Of a DNA stretch of 64,000 nucleotides, positions 1 through 9,285 are shown piece after piece. How positions within the stretch are numbered: position 1 is the stretch's first letter; each line of letters begins with the position of its first letter. Under the pieces are notes generated by a model, which saw only the letters and a list, made by a program, of their open reading frames with translations, was not told the origin of the DNA and did not search any database. This DNA is from a virus (Duplodnaviria; Caudoviricetes): IMG/VR virus record IMGVR_UViG_642918884_000001, positions 6,111 to 70,110 of that record. One strand, given 5' to 3'. The position numbers and the translations under genes were made by a program.

Positions 1-2
1 GT

Positions 3-386
3 TTGCATCACGATCTCGTCAGCATGTGGATTCCGGCCTACGAAAAGGTCGATACGCACGGCGCTGTGGTATCAACGGTTTTCGGCGACCCCATGCCGGT
101 CAACGAAAACCAGGTGATCCAAGACGTGGTTTTGTTGCGCACGTCGAACCTGATTCTGACAGAAATGGCCGTGGACAAGCTTTCATCCATCGGCTGGAAA
201 TACCCGCCAGGCATGAGCGTGCAGGAAATCGTGGACGCTTTGGCCCAACAGGCGAAAGACGATGCGGCAGCGATTGATCCGTACGGCGCTCAAGCAGGCG
301 GCGATGGCGGGTTTGAGGATGGCGCAACCGACGATTTCGGCAACCCCGTTCCTGATACGCAAACCGTAGATTTGGGGATGACGTAA
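3..386 (+). CDS. Probable portal protein, C-terminal part (5' truncated by the window)
   Basis: Frame is open from the window edge; 'VSTVFGDPMPVN...' and an acidic tail resemble actinophage portal C-termini; lies upstream of the head genes. Confidence 0.6.
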   Translation: MHHDLVSMWIPAYEKVDTHGAVVSTVFGDPMPVNENQVIQDVVLLRTSNLILTEMAVDKLSSIGWKYPPGMSVQEIVDALAQQAKDDAAAIDPYGAQAGGDGGFEDGATDDFGNPVPDTQTVDLGMT

Positions 387-484
387 TGTTTTGGATTGGA
401 CTTGGCGCTGGAATTGTCGCAACGGGCATAGTCGGATTTGTTGCTTTCGTTTGGTATCTCGGAAAAATGATGGACGGATTCTGA
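386..484 (+). CDS. Small membrane protein (32 aa)
   Basis: TAATG coupling to the portal stop; MFWIGLGAGIVATGIVGFVAFVWYLGKMMDGF is one hydrophobic helix (hand-translated). Confidence 0.6.
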   Translation: MFWIGLGAGIVATGIVGFVAFVWYLGKMMDGF

Positions 485-485
485 C

Positions 486-656
486 ATGGCATCGTTTCGG
501 CCCAAGCGCCGCAAGATCTTTCGCGTTCGCACGCAGGTTTTCGCAGGGAAACGAACCAGGATTGGCCTGGTGACACCGGGGATCAAGCGCGCGCGACGTA
601 GCCGTGGTCAGAAGGCCGGTCCCGTGCAGACGGCACAGCCCTCACCAGTGCTCTAG
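486..656 (+). CDS. Small Arg/Lys-rich protein (56 aa)
   Basis: Hand-translated MASFRPKRRKIFRVRTQVFAGKRTRIGLVTPGIKRARRSRGQKAG...; starts 1 nt after the previous stop. Confidence 0.6.
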   Translation: MASFRPKRRKIFRVRTQVFAGKRTRIGLVTPGIKRARRSRGQKAGPVQTAQPSPVL

Positions 657-704
657 AGAACTAAAGTTCGTACGCTAAAGCACAGACCGTGATAGCATTA
701 GCGA

Positions 705-1079
705 ATGACGACACTTAATGTTCAGGGCCGCATTGAATGTGAAGCTTGCGAAACCGAGTTTCAACCACTTAGTAATCGACAGAAAACCTGTTTTACTTGC
801 ACGCCCGACAAATCGTGGGTGCATCGTTGGCGTCGGTATCGGATCACGAAGCCAATGTTCGACGCTCTCATGGAAAAGCAGGGTGGTCGGTGTGCCCTGT
901 GTCATGACCTGTTCGTGGGGACATACAACACGTGCGTGGATCATTGCCACGATTCTCTGCTAGTTCGGGGTATCCTATGCCGAGGATGCAACATGGTTGT
1001 CTCCCGGTTTGAAGACCCTGATTACGTAGCGCGTGTGCGTGAGTATTTGGGAGAGAAGGTGATTTTGCACTGTGGCTAG
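705..1079 (+). CDS. Endonuclease VII-family nuclease, probably a free-standing homing endonuclease
   Basis: Motif QGGRCALC...VDHCHDSLLVRGILCRGCN is typical of recombination endonuclease VII; N-terminal CxxC...CxxC. Confidence 0.85.
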   Translation: MTTLNVQGRIECEACETEFQPLSNRQKTCFTCTPDKSWVHRWRRYRITKPMFDALMEKQGGRCALCHDLFVGTYNTCVDHCHDSLLVRGILCRGCNMVVSRFEDPDYVARVREYLGEKVILHCG

Positions 1080-1276
1080 GAGAAAGAAACGCGGCACATA
1101 CGCCGGTTACAAATCCAAGAAGCAGTGGCGATAGTTGGGCTTTTGCGACAAAGCAACCGTGGGCAAGGGAAAAAGCGCACAAAACAAAGGGCGGGCCGAA
1201 AGTAAGATATCGGCGACTCCCCGAAAGTAAGCACAGCGGTAAAAAGGGCAGTCGAGTCCGAGTTCGTTCGCGGTGA
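1072..1276 (+). pseudogene. Small basic protein interrupted by a stop and frameshift
   Basis: GTG 1072 gives MARRKKRGTYAGYKSKKQWR, then TAG (1132-1134); from 1136 the +1 frame continues WAFATKQPWAREKAHKTKGGPKVRYRRLPESKHSGKKGSRVRVRSR* with the same basic composition. Confidence 0.55.
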
Positions 1277-1289
1277 CAGGAGACCGAAA

Positions 1290-1469
1290 GTGATTGCGGC
1301 GAAACGGAAGAGAACAGTCCGTCGTAAAGCGGGTACCGGACAGTCGAAACCGCTCACCGCACGTCAGCGCGCAGCACTACAAATCGCCATTCGGGCAGCG
1401 GCGAGAGCACGAAAACTTCGCGGTGGAATCGCACCGAAGAAACGTCGTCGTCGCAGAAAGGCCCGATAA
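1290..1469 (+). CDS. Small Arg-rich protein (59 aa)
   Basis: AGGAGA RBS at 1278-1283 and GTG 1290; MIAAKRKRTVRRKAG...LTARQRAALQIAIRAAARARK...KKRRRRRKAR; TAATG coupling to the next gene. Confidence 0.7.
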   Translation: MIAAKRKRTVRRKAGTGQSKPLTARQRAALQIAIRAAARARKLRGGIAPKKRRRRRKAR

Positions 1470-1870
1470 TGGCATACCGCATGACTCCGGCGCGTCGCGC
1501 AGCGCTGAGAAAAGCGCAAGCGGCGTCGGCGCGAAAGCGACGTAAAAGCGGTCGATCCTTGCAGAGCAAGATCAACACTCTCAACGCCGTTCAGGCATTG
1601 GATCGAAACACAGCCAATCGTCGCGCTCGTGTTTCGGCGATGCAAAAGGGCAAGCGACCACCGAAACGATCTGCGCGCTCGAAGATCCATAGCGCCGGGA
1701 AGGTCGGAGCGACTTACGGTGGGCTAGCGACACTTTCGGGCAAAGGCATGGCTGTTGGATATGCCGCAGGCGCGGCGGTCGGCACAGCCGGTGTTGCTCA
1801 CGGCGCGGCCAAAAAGCGCATTCGCAAGATCAAGACCAATCGCGCCAAGGTGAAGGCGAGGGCCAGATAA
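1469..1870 (+). CDS. Highly basic Arg/Lys/Ala-rich protein
   Basis: TAATG coupling at both ends; N-terminal MTPARRAALRKAQAASARKRR. Confidence 0.8.
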   Translation: MAYRMTPARRAALRKAQAASARKRRKSGRSLQSKINTLNAVQALDRNTANRRARVSAMQKGKRPPKRSARSKIHSAGKVGATYGGLATLSGKGMAVGYAAGAAVGTAGVAHGAAKKRIRKIKTNRAKVKARAR

Positions 1871-2157
1871 TGGCGCGTTCGGCGAAACAGAAAGCGGCGC
1901 AACGCAAAGCGTCTTTGGCATCCGCCCGCAAGCGTCGTCGTCACGGTCGGATTGATCGCAAGATCTCTCGCGTTCAGCGCAAAACGCACAAGCGAGTTGT
2001 CAAGCGCGCCAAGACAGTTCAGCGAAACGCGTACACGGACGGACAGGGCGGCGTTTACTTGAATACGCGTGGTGTCAAGGCGTACCGAAAGGGACAAAAG
2101 ACGCAGGCCAAAGGTCAGCGCAAAATCGCAAAGCTGAAAGCGAAGAAACGACGATGA
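1870..2157 (+). CDS. Highly basic Arg/Lys-rich protein
   Basis: TAATG/ATGA coupling; N-terminal RSAKQKAAQRKASLASARKRRR. Confidence 0.8.
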   Translation: MARSAKQKAAQRKASLASARKRRRHGRIDRKISRVQRKTHKRVVKRAKTVQRNAYTDGQGGVYLNTRGVKAYRKGQKTQAKGQRKIAKLKAKKRR

Positions 2158-2915
2158 GTTTCAATCCGCGACAACCACGAGATCGGCTGGGACGCTGGGC
2201 GCGTTCCGGCTCGGTTCGTCGTGTCGCGAAGGCTGCCGTTCAGGGTGGTTTGGCGAATGGCCGAAAAGGTGCGCAAGAGGCGGCAACGAAAGCTGCCGTT
2301 CGGGGCGCGCAGGCCGGTGCGACACGAGCGCTCAAGGCGCGCAAGGTAACTCGTCACGCAAAGACGAAAATGCCTGGTGTGGACTACAAGCCGAATCCCG
2401 GTACGCCGGTCGGCAACAAAAAGGCGCGCGGTGTTGGCGTGAAGGGATTGAAGGCCAACACCGTTCCCTACGTTCGTGCGAATAAGCGATCTCAGACTGT
2501 TGGTGTAAATGCCGGAACGATTTTGCCGGGGACCAACAAGCGAATCGTGATCGGCGGTTACGCACGGATCGAATCGACAACTCGTGAAACGGCGGTGGAC
2601 CGTGCTCTCAAAGCGAAAGTCGCAGTTATCGCGCCAAGTGGATCTCGTCGTGGCAAAGTTGCGGGAGCGCTACGAAAGAACTTGGACATTAAGAACCCCG
2701 CTGTTCGAGCGTCTGCCGGTGGAGCACAGGTACGTCTTGGTACTTCTCGGGGTGCTGGTCCAACCGTCATTGTACGTCGAGGCAAGCACAGGATTCCTCA
2801 ATCTAAGTCGAAGACTGGTGTCCAGAAGTACGATGCTCGAATGGCGTCGATTGCTGGCAAGAGGGCGAAAGCACCACGCGCACAGCGACGTAAGGCAGCA
2901 AGACGGAGAAAGTAG
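2154..2915 (+). CDS. Basic, probably head-associated protein
   Basis: ATGA coupling; N-terminal FNPRQPRDRLGRW resembles PRDxxGRW/F motifs of phage head-region proteins; very basic. Confidence 0.75.
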   Translation: MSFNPRQPRDRLGRWARSGSVRRVAKAAVQGGLANGRKGAQEAATKAAVRGAQAGATRALKARKVTRHAKTKMPGVDYKPNPGTPVGNKKARGVGVKGLKANTVPYVRANKRSQTVGVNAGTILPGTNKRIVIGGYARIESTTRETAVDRALKAKVAVIAPSGSRRGKVAGALRKNLDIKNPAVRASAGGAQVRLGTSRGAGPTVIVRRGKHRIPQSKSKTGVQKYDARMASIAGKRAKAPRAQRRKAARRRK

Positions 2916-2918
2916 GAA

Positions 2919-3362
2919 ATGAACCGGACAGTCATTTCGCCGGAATCACCAGCACACCCGGCCAGCACCGACCACGCGATTTCTCTGGGCGGCAGGAAGG
3001 TTGAGCGGGTGTGGACCCCGGCATTTCCTCTTTCAAAGGAATGCCGGGAAGAATTGATTTTGCAATGTCAAGGATCTCCGGAAGAGATCTGCGGGCTGAT
3101 TTCCGATAAGATGGAGATCTTTTACATTGCAAATATCCACGAATTCCCAAGGGAGAACTTCTATTTCGATCTAGGGGAGTTCAAAATCGCCGCTGCCGAC
3201 ATCATCGGCAACGGTGAACGGATCATCGGCATGTTTCACACGCACCCCACTGGTATCCCGTGGCCGTCGCCGCGCGATATCGTCGGCTGGCCCAACCCGG
3301 CTCTCGGGTGGCGCTACTGGATAGCCACCAGGGGTGATGTCATCGAGTGGAGGCTAGGGTGA
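2919..3362 (+). CDS. JAB/MPN (Mov34) metalloprotease
   Basis: EEICGLI...IIGMFHTHPTGIPWPSPRD matches the JAMM motif E...HxH-x7-S-x2-D. Confidence 0.9.
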   Translation: MNRTVISPESPAHPASTDHAISLGGRKVERVWTPAFPLSKECREELILQCQGSPEEICGLISDKMEIFYIANIHEFPRENFYFDLGEFKIAAADIIGNGERIIGMFHTHPTGIPWPSPRDIVGWPNPALGWRYWIATRGDVIEWRLG

Positions 3363-4276
3363 CTAGCCCCCGGCCTCTTAACACAGCCCCCAATATCGAC
3401 GTTTTGCGTCGTCGGTGGCTGGATCGGTATATCGCCGTTGAGTCGCGCACGGATACGCGCATTCGGACGGTTCTGCTACAGGCGGCAGAGGATGCACGAA
3501 ATCGCCTGATTCTGCTCGAAGACAATCCGACGTTTTCGGCTGGCGTGCGGACAGCGCAAATCAAGCTCACGATGGCAATTGTTCGTGATGTTCACGCGTC
3601 ACTTTTCAAACAGATGATTCCCATCATTAAGGACGGACATGGAAAATCAGCAAGCGCCGCAGTTGACGCATTCACCGCAACGGACATTCGCTATCTCAGG
3701 GCAGCATTTTCTTCTGTCGGAGGACAGCGACAGGTTGATTCGTTCGTTAGCGGCCAGAGAAGACAGGCAGAGCTTTCAGTCGCACATGCCATCAATCGGA
3801 TTACCCGTTCTGAAATCCCCTTATCTTCCCGAGTCTACCGTACTCGAAGTCTCGCCAATGGTTGGGTTCAGCGAATCGTCACGTCTTCGATTGCACGAGG
3901 AGACAGCGCAGCCGACATTGCGAAGGCAGTTCGTGGACACATACTTCCCAGTACACCAGGCGGAACGTCTTATGCTGCTATGCGGTTGGGGCGGACCGAA
4001 CTCAACAATGCGTTTCACGCCACCACTCTCGAACTTTCAAAAAATCGTCCGTGGGTTGACTCGAATCGTTGGAATCTTTCGAGCACGCATTTGCCGCAAG
4101 GATGCAAATGCGAACAATACGCGCGCATAGCGCTTTTCCCAACTGACCAGACACCGGCCAAACCACACCCGCATTGCCGTTGCTTCTGCACACCCGAACT
4201 TGAGCCATTCGAAAGCTTTGCAGCAAACCTAAAGGCAGGATACTATCGTGACTGGCAATCTCGACACGCCGCATAA
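3359..4276 (+). CDS. MuF-like head morphogenesis / minor capsid protein
   Basis: AMRLGRTELNNAF...CKC...PAKPHPHCRC is the MuF signature; GTGA overlap with the JAB stop. Confidence 0.85.
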   Translation: MTSPRPLNTAPNIDVLRRRWLDRYIAVESRTDTRIRTVLLQAAEDARNRLILLEDNPTFSAGVRTAQIKLTMAIVRDVHASLFKQMIPIIKDGHGKSASAAVDAFTATDIRYLRAAFSSVGGQRQVDSFVSGQRRQAELSVAHAINRITRSEIPLSSRVYRTRSLANGWVQRIVTSSIARGDSAADIAKAVRGHILPSTPGGTSYAAMRLGRTELNNAFHATTLELSKNRPWVDSNRWNLSSTHLPQGCKCEQYARIALFPTDQTPAKPHPHCRCFCTPELEPFESFAANLKAGYYRDWQSRHAA

Positions 4277-4301
4277 TTCACGGACACCGAAAGGCAGTGC
4301 C

Positions 4302-5132
4302 ATGCAAACCCCGTCGAATCCCACCCCGGCTCCGCTTCTGGCCGTTCTGGACGACAGCGCCAAGCGAAATTACCTCAACATTCTCGACGCATATCCGATC
4401 TTCGGCGGCGAAGAGAACAACGGCGGAAACGGTTCCGGCGAAGGAAACGGGAACGGTGGATCTGGCAACGGAAACGCCGGTGGCGGGTCGGGCGGCTCCG
4501 GAAGCGGCGGTTCGGGGACCGGAAACGAAGATCCGATTGCCAAGCTGCAATCCGATCCGAATGCGTTGGCGCAGTTGCTCACCCAGTCACAAACGCTGAC
4601 TTCGCAGGTTCAGCAGTTGACGGAACAGTTGAACACGGCGACGACCGAGAATTCGACGTTCAAGCAACAGCAAGAACAGGCCGAAGCGGCGCAGCGCACC
4701 AAGGAACAGAATCAGGAAATCGAGATCAACAAGCTGAAAGGTCAGCTCGAAAATCTCACAAACCTGTTGCAGACCAAGGTGATCGAAAACGCCATTGCGA
4801 ACAACGCGAAGCACCAGTGGAATTCGACGCGGCAGGTTCAGGGCGAACTCGACATGTCGAAGATCAAGGTGAATCTCGACATCGATAAGGGAATCGCCGA
4901 AATCGACGGAATGGACGCGGAATTGGATCGCATTGCGACCAGTTCGCCGTGGTTGGTCAAAGCGGTGACGACCGAACAGACGCAGCAGACGACGCAGCAG
5001 ACCCGCCAGCGCACGAGCGGCAACCCTCCGCGTCCCCCGGCTCCCCCGCAGGACAAGGCTGCCAAGCGCGCCGCAGCCATGAAGAAGTTCCCGGTGCTCG
5101 CCAACGGAAGCGGCCTACCCCACATGGGATAG
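4302..5132 (+). CDS. Capsid scaffolding protein
   Basis: Gly/Asn linker, long Gln-rich coiled coil and Pro-rich C-terminus; lies before the capsid genes; GAAAGG RBS. Confidence 0.8.
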   Translation: MQTPSNPTPAPLLAVLDDSAKRNYLNILDAYPIFGGEENNGGNGSGEGNGNGGSGNGNAGGGSGGSGSGGSGTGNEDPIAKLQSDPNALAQLLTQSQTLTSQVQQLTEQLNTATTENSTFKQQQEQAEAAQRTKEQNQEIEINKLKGQLENLTNLLQTKVIENAIANNAKHQWNSTRQVQGELDMSKIKVNLDIDKGIAEIDGMDAELDRIATSSPWLVKAVTTEQTQQTTQQTRQRTSGNPPRPPAPPQDKAAKRAAAMKKFPVLANGSGLPHMG

Positions 5133-5224
5133 AAACACGCCGCAAAACGCAGGTGTTTCGAAGCAGAATCCAGAACTCGCGGTGTTACGATTAGCCGCGA
5201 ACAAGCCCCAATTGGAGGACTGAA

Positions 5225-5692
5225 ATGGCTCTCGCAACAAAGCCCCGTTTCGAAAAGAGCAATCCCTACGGTGGCACGTTTGTTGCGCCGCTGGCTGTGG
5301 ATCTGGACGAAACCGCCAACGGCAACAAGGTTCTCGGCGTCGGCCTGAACTCGTCCGGCCAGGTTGTCATCGGCGGCGGTCAGACCGGAATCGTCGGAGT
5401 CATTCTGCCGGTCGCCGGGGCGAATGTGCTGACTGGTGCATTGCTCGACACCTATCAGGCCGGTGACAACATCGACGTGATGGTTCAGGGCGAAATCGCC
5501 AATTTCAAGCTCGCCAACGGAACGGTCCCCGCTGCCGGAACGAAGATCTTCTCGTCTTCGGCAGGCGTGCTCGGGACTGCCGCAGCAGACGGTTCGGTTC
5601 TGGTCGGTTGGACGATCGAGTCCCACGCGACCAACGGCGCGCGTCTGTTCGTCAACGTGATGGCTCTGGCCGTCGCTCTGGACGTTCCGTAA
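5225..5692 (+). CDS. Capsid decoration / minor capsid protein
   Basis: 155-aa Gly/Val-rich beta-type protein between scaffold and MCP; GGAGGA RBS. Confidence 0.7.
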   Translation: MALATKPRFEKSNPYGGTFVAPLAVDLDETANGNKVLGVGLNSSGQVVIGGGQTGIVGVILPVAGANVLTGALLDTYQAGDNIDVMVQGEIANFKLANGTVPAAGTKIFSSSAGVLGTAAADGSVLVGWTIESHATNGARLFVNVMALAVALDVP

Positions 5693-5736
5693 ACCGTCCG
5701 ATCCGACTGACTTCGACAAACTAGGAAACGAAGGGA

Positions 5737-6969
5737 ATGCCGAATATGTTGGCATATCAGGAATTCGCCGGAATGCCGATGATCGACGGTATTCCCGTCT
5801 TTCCGATCTTCGGTGGCACGCAGCCGGTCCAACAGGGCGGTTATGCGTCGTCCGCAGATCTCGTCACCCACACCGCCGATGGCGTGGATCTGAACGACCT
5901 CTGGGACATCGCGGCGCTGGCTCTCGAAATGTACGCCGAACAGCAGCAGACGTTGATCGACCTGCTCACCTTCCCGGTCGAAACGCCGGTCGAGGTCGTT
6001 CCGCAGATCGGCGAAATCAGCTTCGATGAGCTGACGGAATACGGCATTCCGACCACTGCGCAGCAGCAGGTGGAAATGTGGTCGATGGGTTACGACCTTC
6101 GCCACTACGGAAAGCGTCTCGGCTACACGTGGATGTTCCTCGCGGACGCCGATTCTCGCCAGATCGAAGCAATGCACAACGGCATGATGCTGGCCGACCG
6201 GCGACTCGTCTTCCGGAAGATCATGGAGGCGTTGTTCGACAACCGGATTCGCCGAACCAACATTCGCAACCAGCCGTACAACGTGTTCCCGCTGTACAAC
6301 GGTGTCGATGTCGGAATCGTGCCTCCGCCGTACAAGGGCAACACCTTCACCGCGACCCACAACCACTATCTGACGACCGGCAACACCACGCTCGATTCGT
6401 CGGACGTGGAGGATCTGTACACGCTGATCGCAGAGCACGGTTACGGTCTGGAAACCGGATCGACGTTCTACCTGCTCGCGAACAAGGCCGAAACCGACAA
6501 GATTCGGGGTTGGCGTCGGGGTGTCGTTTCTGCCAATGGCATCAACGCCACCTACGACTTCATTCCGGCGGCGAATCAGCCCGCCGTGATTCTGCCGAAC
6601 GCCGAAGGCTTGCTCGGTTCGCTGCCGCCTTCGACGTATCGCGGAATGCGCGTGATCGGCTCGTACGGTGACATTTACATCATCGAAGAGTCGTTCATTC
6701 CGCCCGGTTACATGCTCATGGTGGCATCGGGCGGCGCGGGCAACCTCGGCAACCCGGTCGGTTTCCGCCAGCACGCGAATCCGGCGATGCAGGGTCTTCG
6801 GATTCTGCCGGGTAACCAGCAGCGCTTCCCGCTGGTCGATTCGTTCTACGCGCATTCGTTCGGTACCGGCATCCGCCAGCGCGGCGGCGCGGCGATCATG
6901 CAGATCACCGACCAGCCGACGTACACGATTCCGAACGGGTACAAGAAGGGCACCGGCCTTCTGGCCTAG
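5737..6969 (+). CDS. Major capsid protein
   Basis: 410 aa, strong codon bias and position; DLVTHTADGVDLNDLW and FDELTEYGIP motifs; followed by a strong hairpin. Confidence 0.85.
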   Translation: MPNMLAYQEFAGMPMIDGIPVFPIFGGTQPVQQGGYASSADLVTHTADGVDLNDLWDIAALALEMYAEQQQTLIDLLTFPVETPVEVVPQIGEISFDELTEYGIPTTAQQQVEMWSMGYDLRHYGKRLGYTWMFLADADSRQIEAMHNGMMLADRRLVFRKIMEALFDNRIRRTNIRNQPYNVFPLYNGVDVGIVPPPYKGNTFTATHNHYLTTGNTTLDSSDVEDLYTLIAEHGYGLETGSTFYLLANKAETDKIRGWRRGVVSANGINATYDFIPAANQPAVILPNAEGLLGSLPPSTYRGMRVIGSYGDIYIIEESFIPPGYMLMVASGGAGNLGNPVGFRQHANPAMQGLRILPGNQQRFPLVDSFYAHSFGTGIRQRGGAAIMQITDQPTYTIPNGYKKGTGLLA

Positions 6970-6982
6970 TCTGATAAGCTGA

Positions 6983-7020
6983 CTGGTGATTCGGGCGATG
7001 CAAATCGCCCGAATCACCGG
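6983..7020 (+). terminator. Strong hairpin after the MCP gene (terminator or mRNA stabiliser)
   Basis: GGTGATTCGGGCGAT-GCAA-ATCGCCCGAATCACC: 15-bp perfect stem, GNRA loop, no U-tract. Confidence 0.7.
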
Positions 7021-7040
7021 ACAACAGAAAGGTTTTCGGC

Positions 7041-7652
7041 ATGGGCCGCTACATCGATCCGAATCAGCCGTACAGCGAGACCGACAAGGAATACTTGCGG
7101 TCGCGTGGTCGGGCATCCGAGATCATCGAGAACGAACGGCGTTTCGGTGCGGACGGGACTCGCGTTCCGGACGAACTGGAACAGGCCGGTCAAGATCCGG
7201 AGTCGGCCAGTTTCGACGGCGACGAGCGCGACGACAACGACTACGACGTGGGTGGCGCTCCGCTGCCGGGAACGGTGCTCGACACCGATACCGGTCGGGT
7301 GATTCCGCTCAAGGATCGTTCCGACGCAACCGGCGCTTTCGATTACGTCGATCCGAATACCGGCGAAGTTCTCGAAGATCCGGACGCGTTCGATGAGGAT
7401 ATCATCGAACACGTCGAATCGCTCCCGAACATCGATGCGGTGAAGGCCGAACTCAAGACGGTCGATCCGAACGGCGATCACTCGGATCTGACGAAGCGTC
7501 GCGATCTGGACGACGCTCTGATCATCGCTTTGCAGGATAAGCGAAATGCAGAGCGCAAGGCGAACCCGGCTCCGGTGAATACCGACGAGTTCGTTGATCC
7601 GGCGAACGGCGATTCGTTCGACACCGCGACAACCGGCGACAACAGCGAGTAG
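7041..7652 (+). CDS. Acidic hypothetical protein of the head-tail region
   Basis: GAAAGG RBS, codon bias, Asp-rich. Confidence 0.8.
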   Translation: MGRYIDPNQPYSETDKEYLRSRGRASEIIENERRFGADGTRVPDELEQAGQDPESASFDGDERDDNDYDVGGAPLPGTVLDTDTGRVIPLKDRSDATGAFDYVDPNTGEVLEDPDAFDEDIIEHVESLPNIDAVKAELKTVDPNGDHSDLTKRRDLDDALIIALQDKRNAERKANPAPVNTDEFVDPANGDSFDTATTGDNSE

Positions 7653-7663
7653 GAGCGGGCACC

Positions 7664-8038
7664 GTGGCCGACGACGCTGCGGTCTCCGCAGTACAAGCAC
7701 AGCTCCCCGACGAGGCCGACCTCTTCGGGGTGGATTCCAGCTACATTGGAATCTTGCTGGATTCCGGCTTGAGCGAAACAAAGGTCATTCTGTCGTGCTG
7801 GCGTGCGATTGCCGCCAAGTCTTCCACGATGGCCTCTGTATCTGAGTCTGGCTCAAGCCGGGATCTTGGCAATATCTTTGAAAACGCGCGTCAGATGATT
7901 GACGTTTGGCAAAAGCGCGCCGATGACGAAGATCAGTCGGGCGGCGAAGACCCTACGGGCAAACCGCGCGTACGAATTCACACTGCGGTTCGAAACGAAA
8001 AGCGCGGATTGGCATTCCCGACGAATCTAAGGGGATAG
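7664..8038 (+). CDS. Probable head-to-tail adaptor
   Basis: Position; WRAIAAK...VSESGSSRDL motif; AGGAG RBS. Confidence 0.6.
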   Translation: MADDAAVSAVQAQLPDEADLFGVDSSYIGILLDSGLSETKVILSCWRAIAAKSSTMASVSESGSSRDLGNIFENARQMIDVWQKRADDEDQSGGEDPTGKPRVRIHTAVRNEKRGLAFPTNLRG

Positions 8039-8039
8039 C

Positions 8040-8423
8040 GTGGGTGCTCTCGTTTTCGAAAACGCGGTCAATCGCAAATTGACGAAGTGGTTCATCGACA
8101 CCGATCCTACTTCGCTGATTCTCATTCCCCGCATTCGCCAAGAGCGCCCGGGCGGGTCTCACCGGATGATTGACGGGACGCCGAAAGATCCGCAAATCGT
8201 CAAGATGATTTATCCCGGTGGCGACGGAATCGTTGTTACAGCCGATGGGAAGACTCGACGGTTTGACTTCATCGTGGTCGGTGAGCACGACGCCGATATT
8301 CAAATTGGTGATCATTGGACAGAGGGCGATCAGAACTACGTGATCGAATATCTGTTTCCGTTCAACGACTACGAAGTCAAGGGCGGGGGAGTTACGCACG
8401 GTTCGGCTCCCGATCATGGCTAA
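8040..8423 (+). CDS. Probable head-to-tail stopper
   Basis: Position; DADIQIGDHW...NYVIE is a typical stopper C-terminal pattern. Confidence 0.65.
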   Translation: MGALVFENAVNRKLTKWFIDTDPTSLILIPRIRQERPGGSHRMIDGTPKDPQIVKMIYPGGDGIVVTADGKTRRFDFIVVGEHDADIQIGDHWTEGDQNYVIEYLFPFNDYEVKGGGVTHGSAPDHG

Positions 8424-8775
8424 GGTTTCGTTCGATCTCAATACCACTGAAATGGCGCGTTTGCGCAAAAACGTGCGCGAGGTACCAGCAGAGGTCAATC
8501 GTCGCGTGACAGCAGTCGTGGACTACGACGCAGCCTACGGACAGGGCTATATGCGGACGAATGCGCCGTGGACGGACCGTACCGGCGCGGCCAGAAGCGG
8601 CCTGTTCGCTATTCCCGGCCATTACGCGCGAATGCACGAAATCTTCCTCACCTATTCCGTATATTACGGAATCTGGCTCGAAGTGGCAAATTCTGGTCGC
8701 TATCAAATTCTGCAACCGACTTTGCTATTGCTCGGACGAAAGCTTATGAGTGATCTAGAAGGGATCATGGACTAA
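8416..8775 (+). CDS. HK97 gp10-like neck / tail completion protein
   Basis: NAPWTDRTGAARSGL...YGIWLEV motif. Confidence 0.75.
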   Translation: MAKVSFDLNTTEMARLRKNVREVPAEVNRRVTAVVDYDAAYGQGYMRTNAPWTDRTGAARSGLFAIPGHYARMHEIFLTYSVYYGIWLEVANSGRYQILQPTLLLLGRKLMSDLEGIMD

Positions 8776-9233
8776 TGGCCGCTTCTGCTCTCATGGAATT
8801 GCTCAAGGCTGATACAATTCTCAATTCGGATCTTGAGGTTGCTGGACACATTTACGACATGGCTGATTTGTCGATCAGTGAGAAAGGTCGTCCACGCCAC
8901 GACGGACCATTCGTCGTATTCAATTGGCAGGAATCGACTCTGTTTTCGCAGGCCTACACTGGCATGCAGAATGGCATTCCGAAAGCTCCACGCGTGCTAC
9001 AAGTTTGGGCGCATATCCCGTGGGAAATCAGCACCGATTACGACGATCTCAATCGCATTCTGAATCGGGTGCATTTTATTTTCGACCCAATTGAACACGT
9101 GACCGGAAATGACGGTCAGCGGGTCACGGTGGTGAGGTCGGCAGGGAGGTCGGCCAATTTGCAGGACGAGGGGTACAGGACAATTGCACGACACGCGGTT
9201 TATGGCGTGCTATATGACGAGAATGCAGCCTGA
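8775..9233 (+). CDS. Probable tail terminator
   Basis: Position before the major tail gene; PFVVF...LQVWAH pattern. Confidence 0.6.
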   Translation: MAASALMELLKADTILNSDLEVAGHIYDMADLSISEKGRPRHDGPFVVFNWQESTLFSQAYTGMQNGIPKAPRVLQVWAHIPWEISTDYDDLNRILNRVHFIFDPIEHVTGNDGQRVTVVRSAGRSANLQDEGYRTIARHAVYGVLYDENAA

Positions 9234-9285
9234 ATCAGCTAGTATTGGGGTCGATCCGCAGTCAAGCGCAGAGGCAGGACACATC

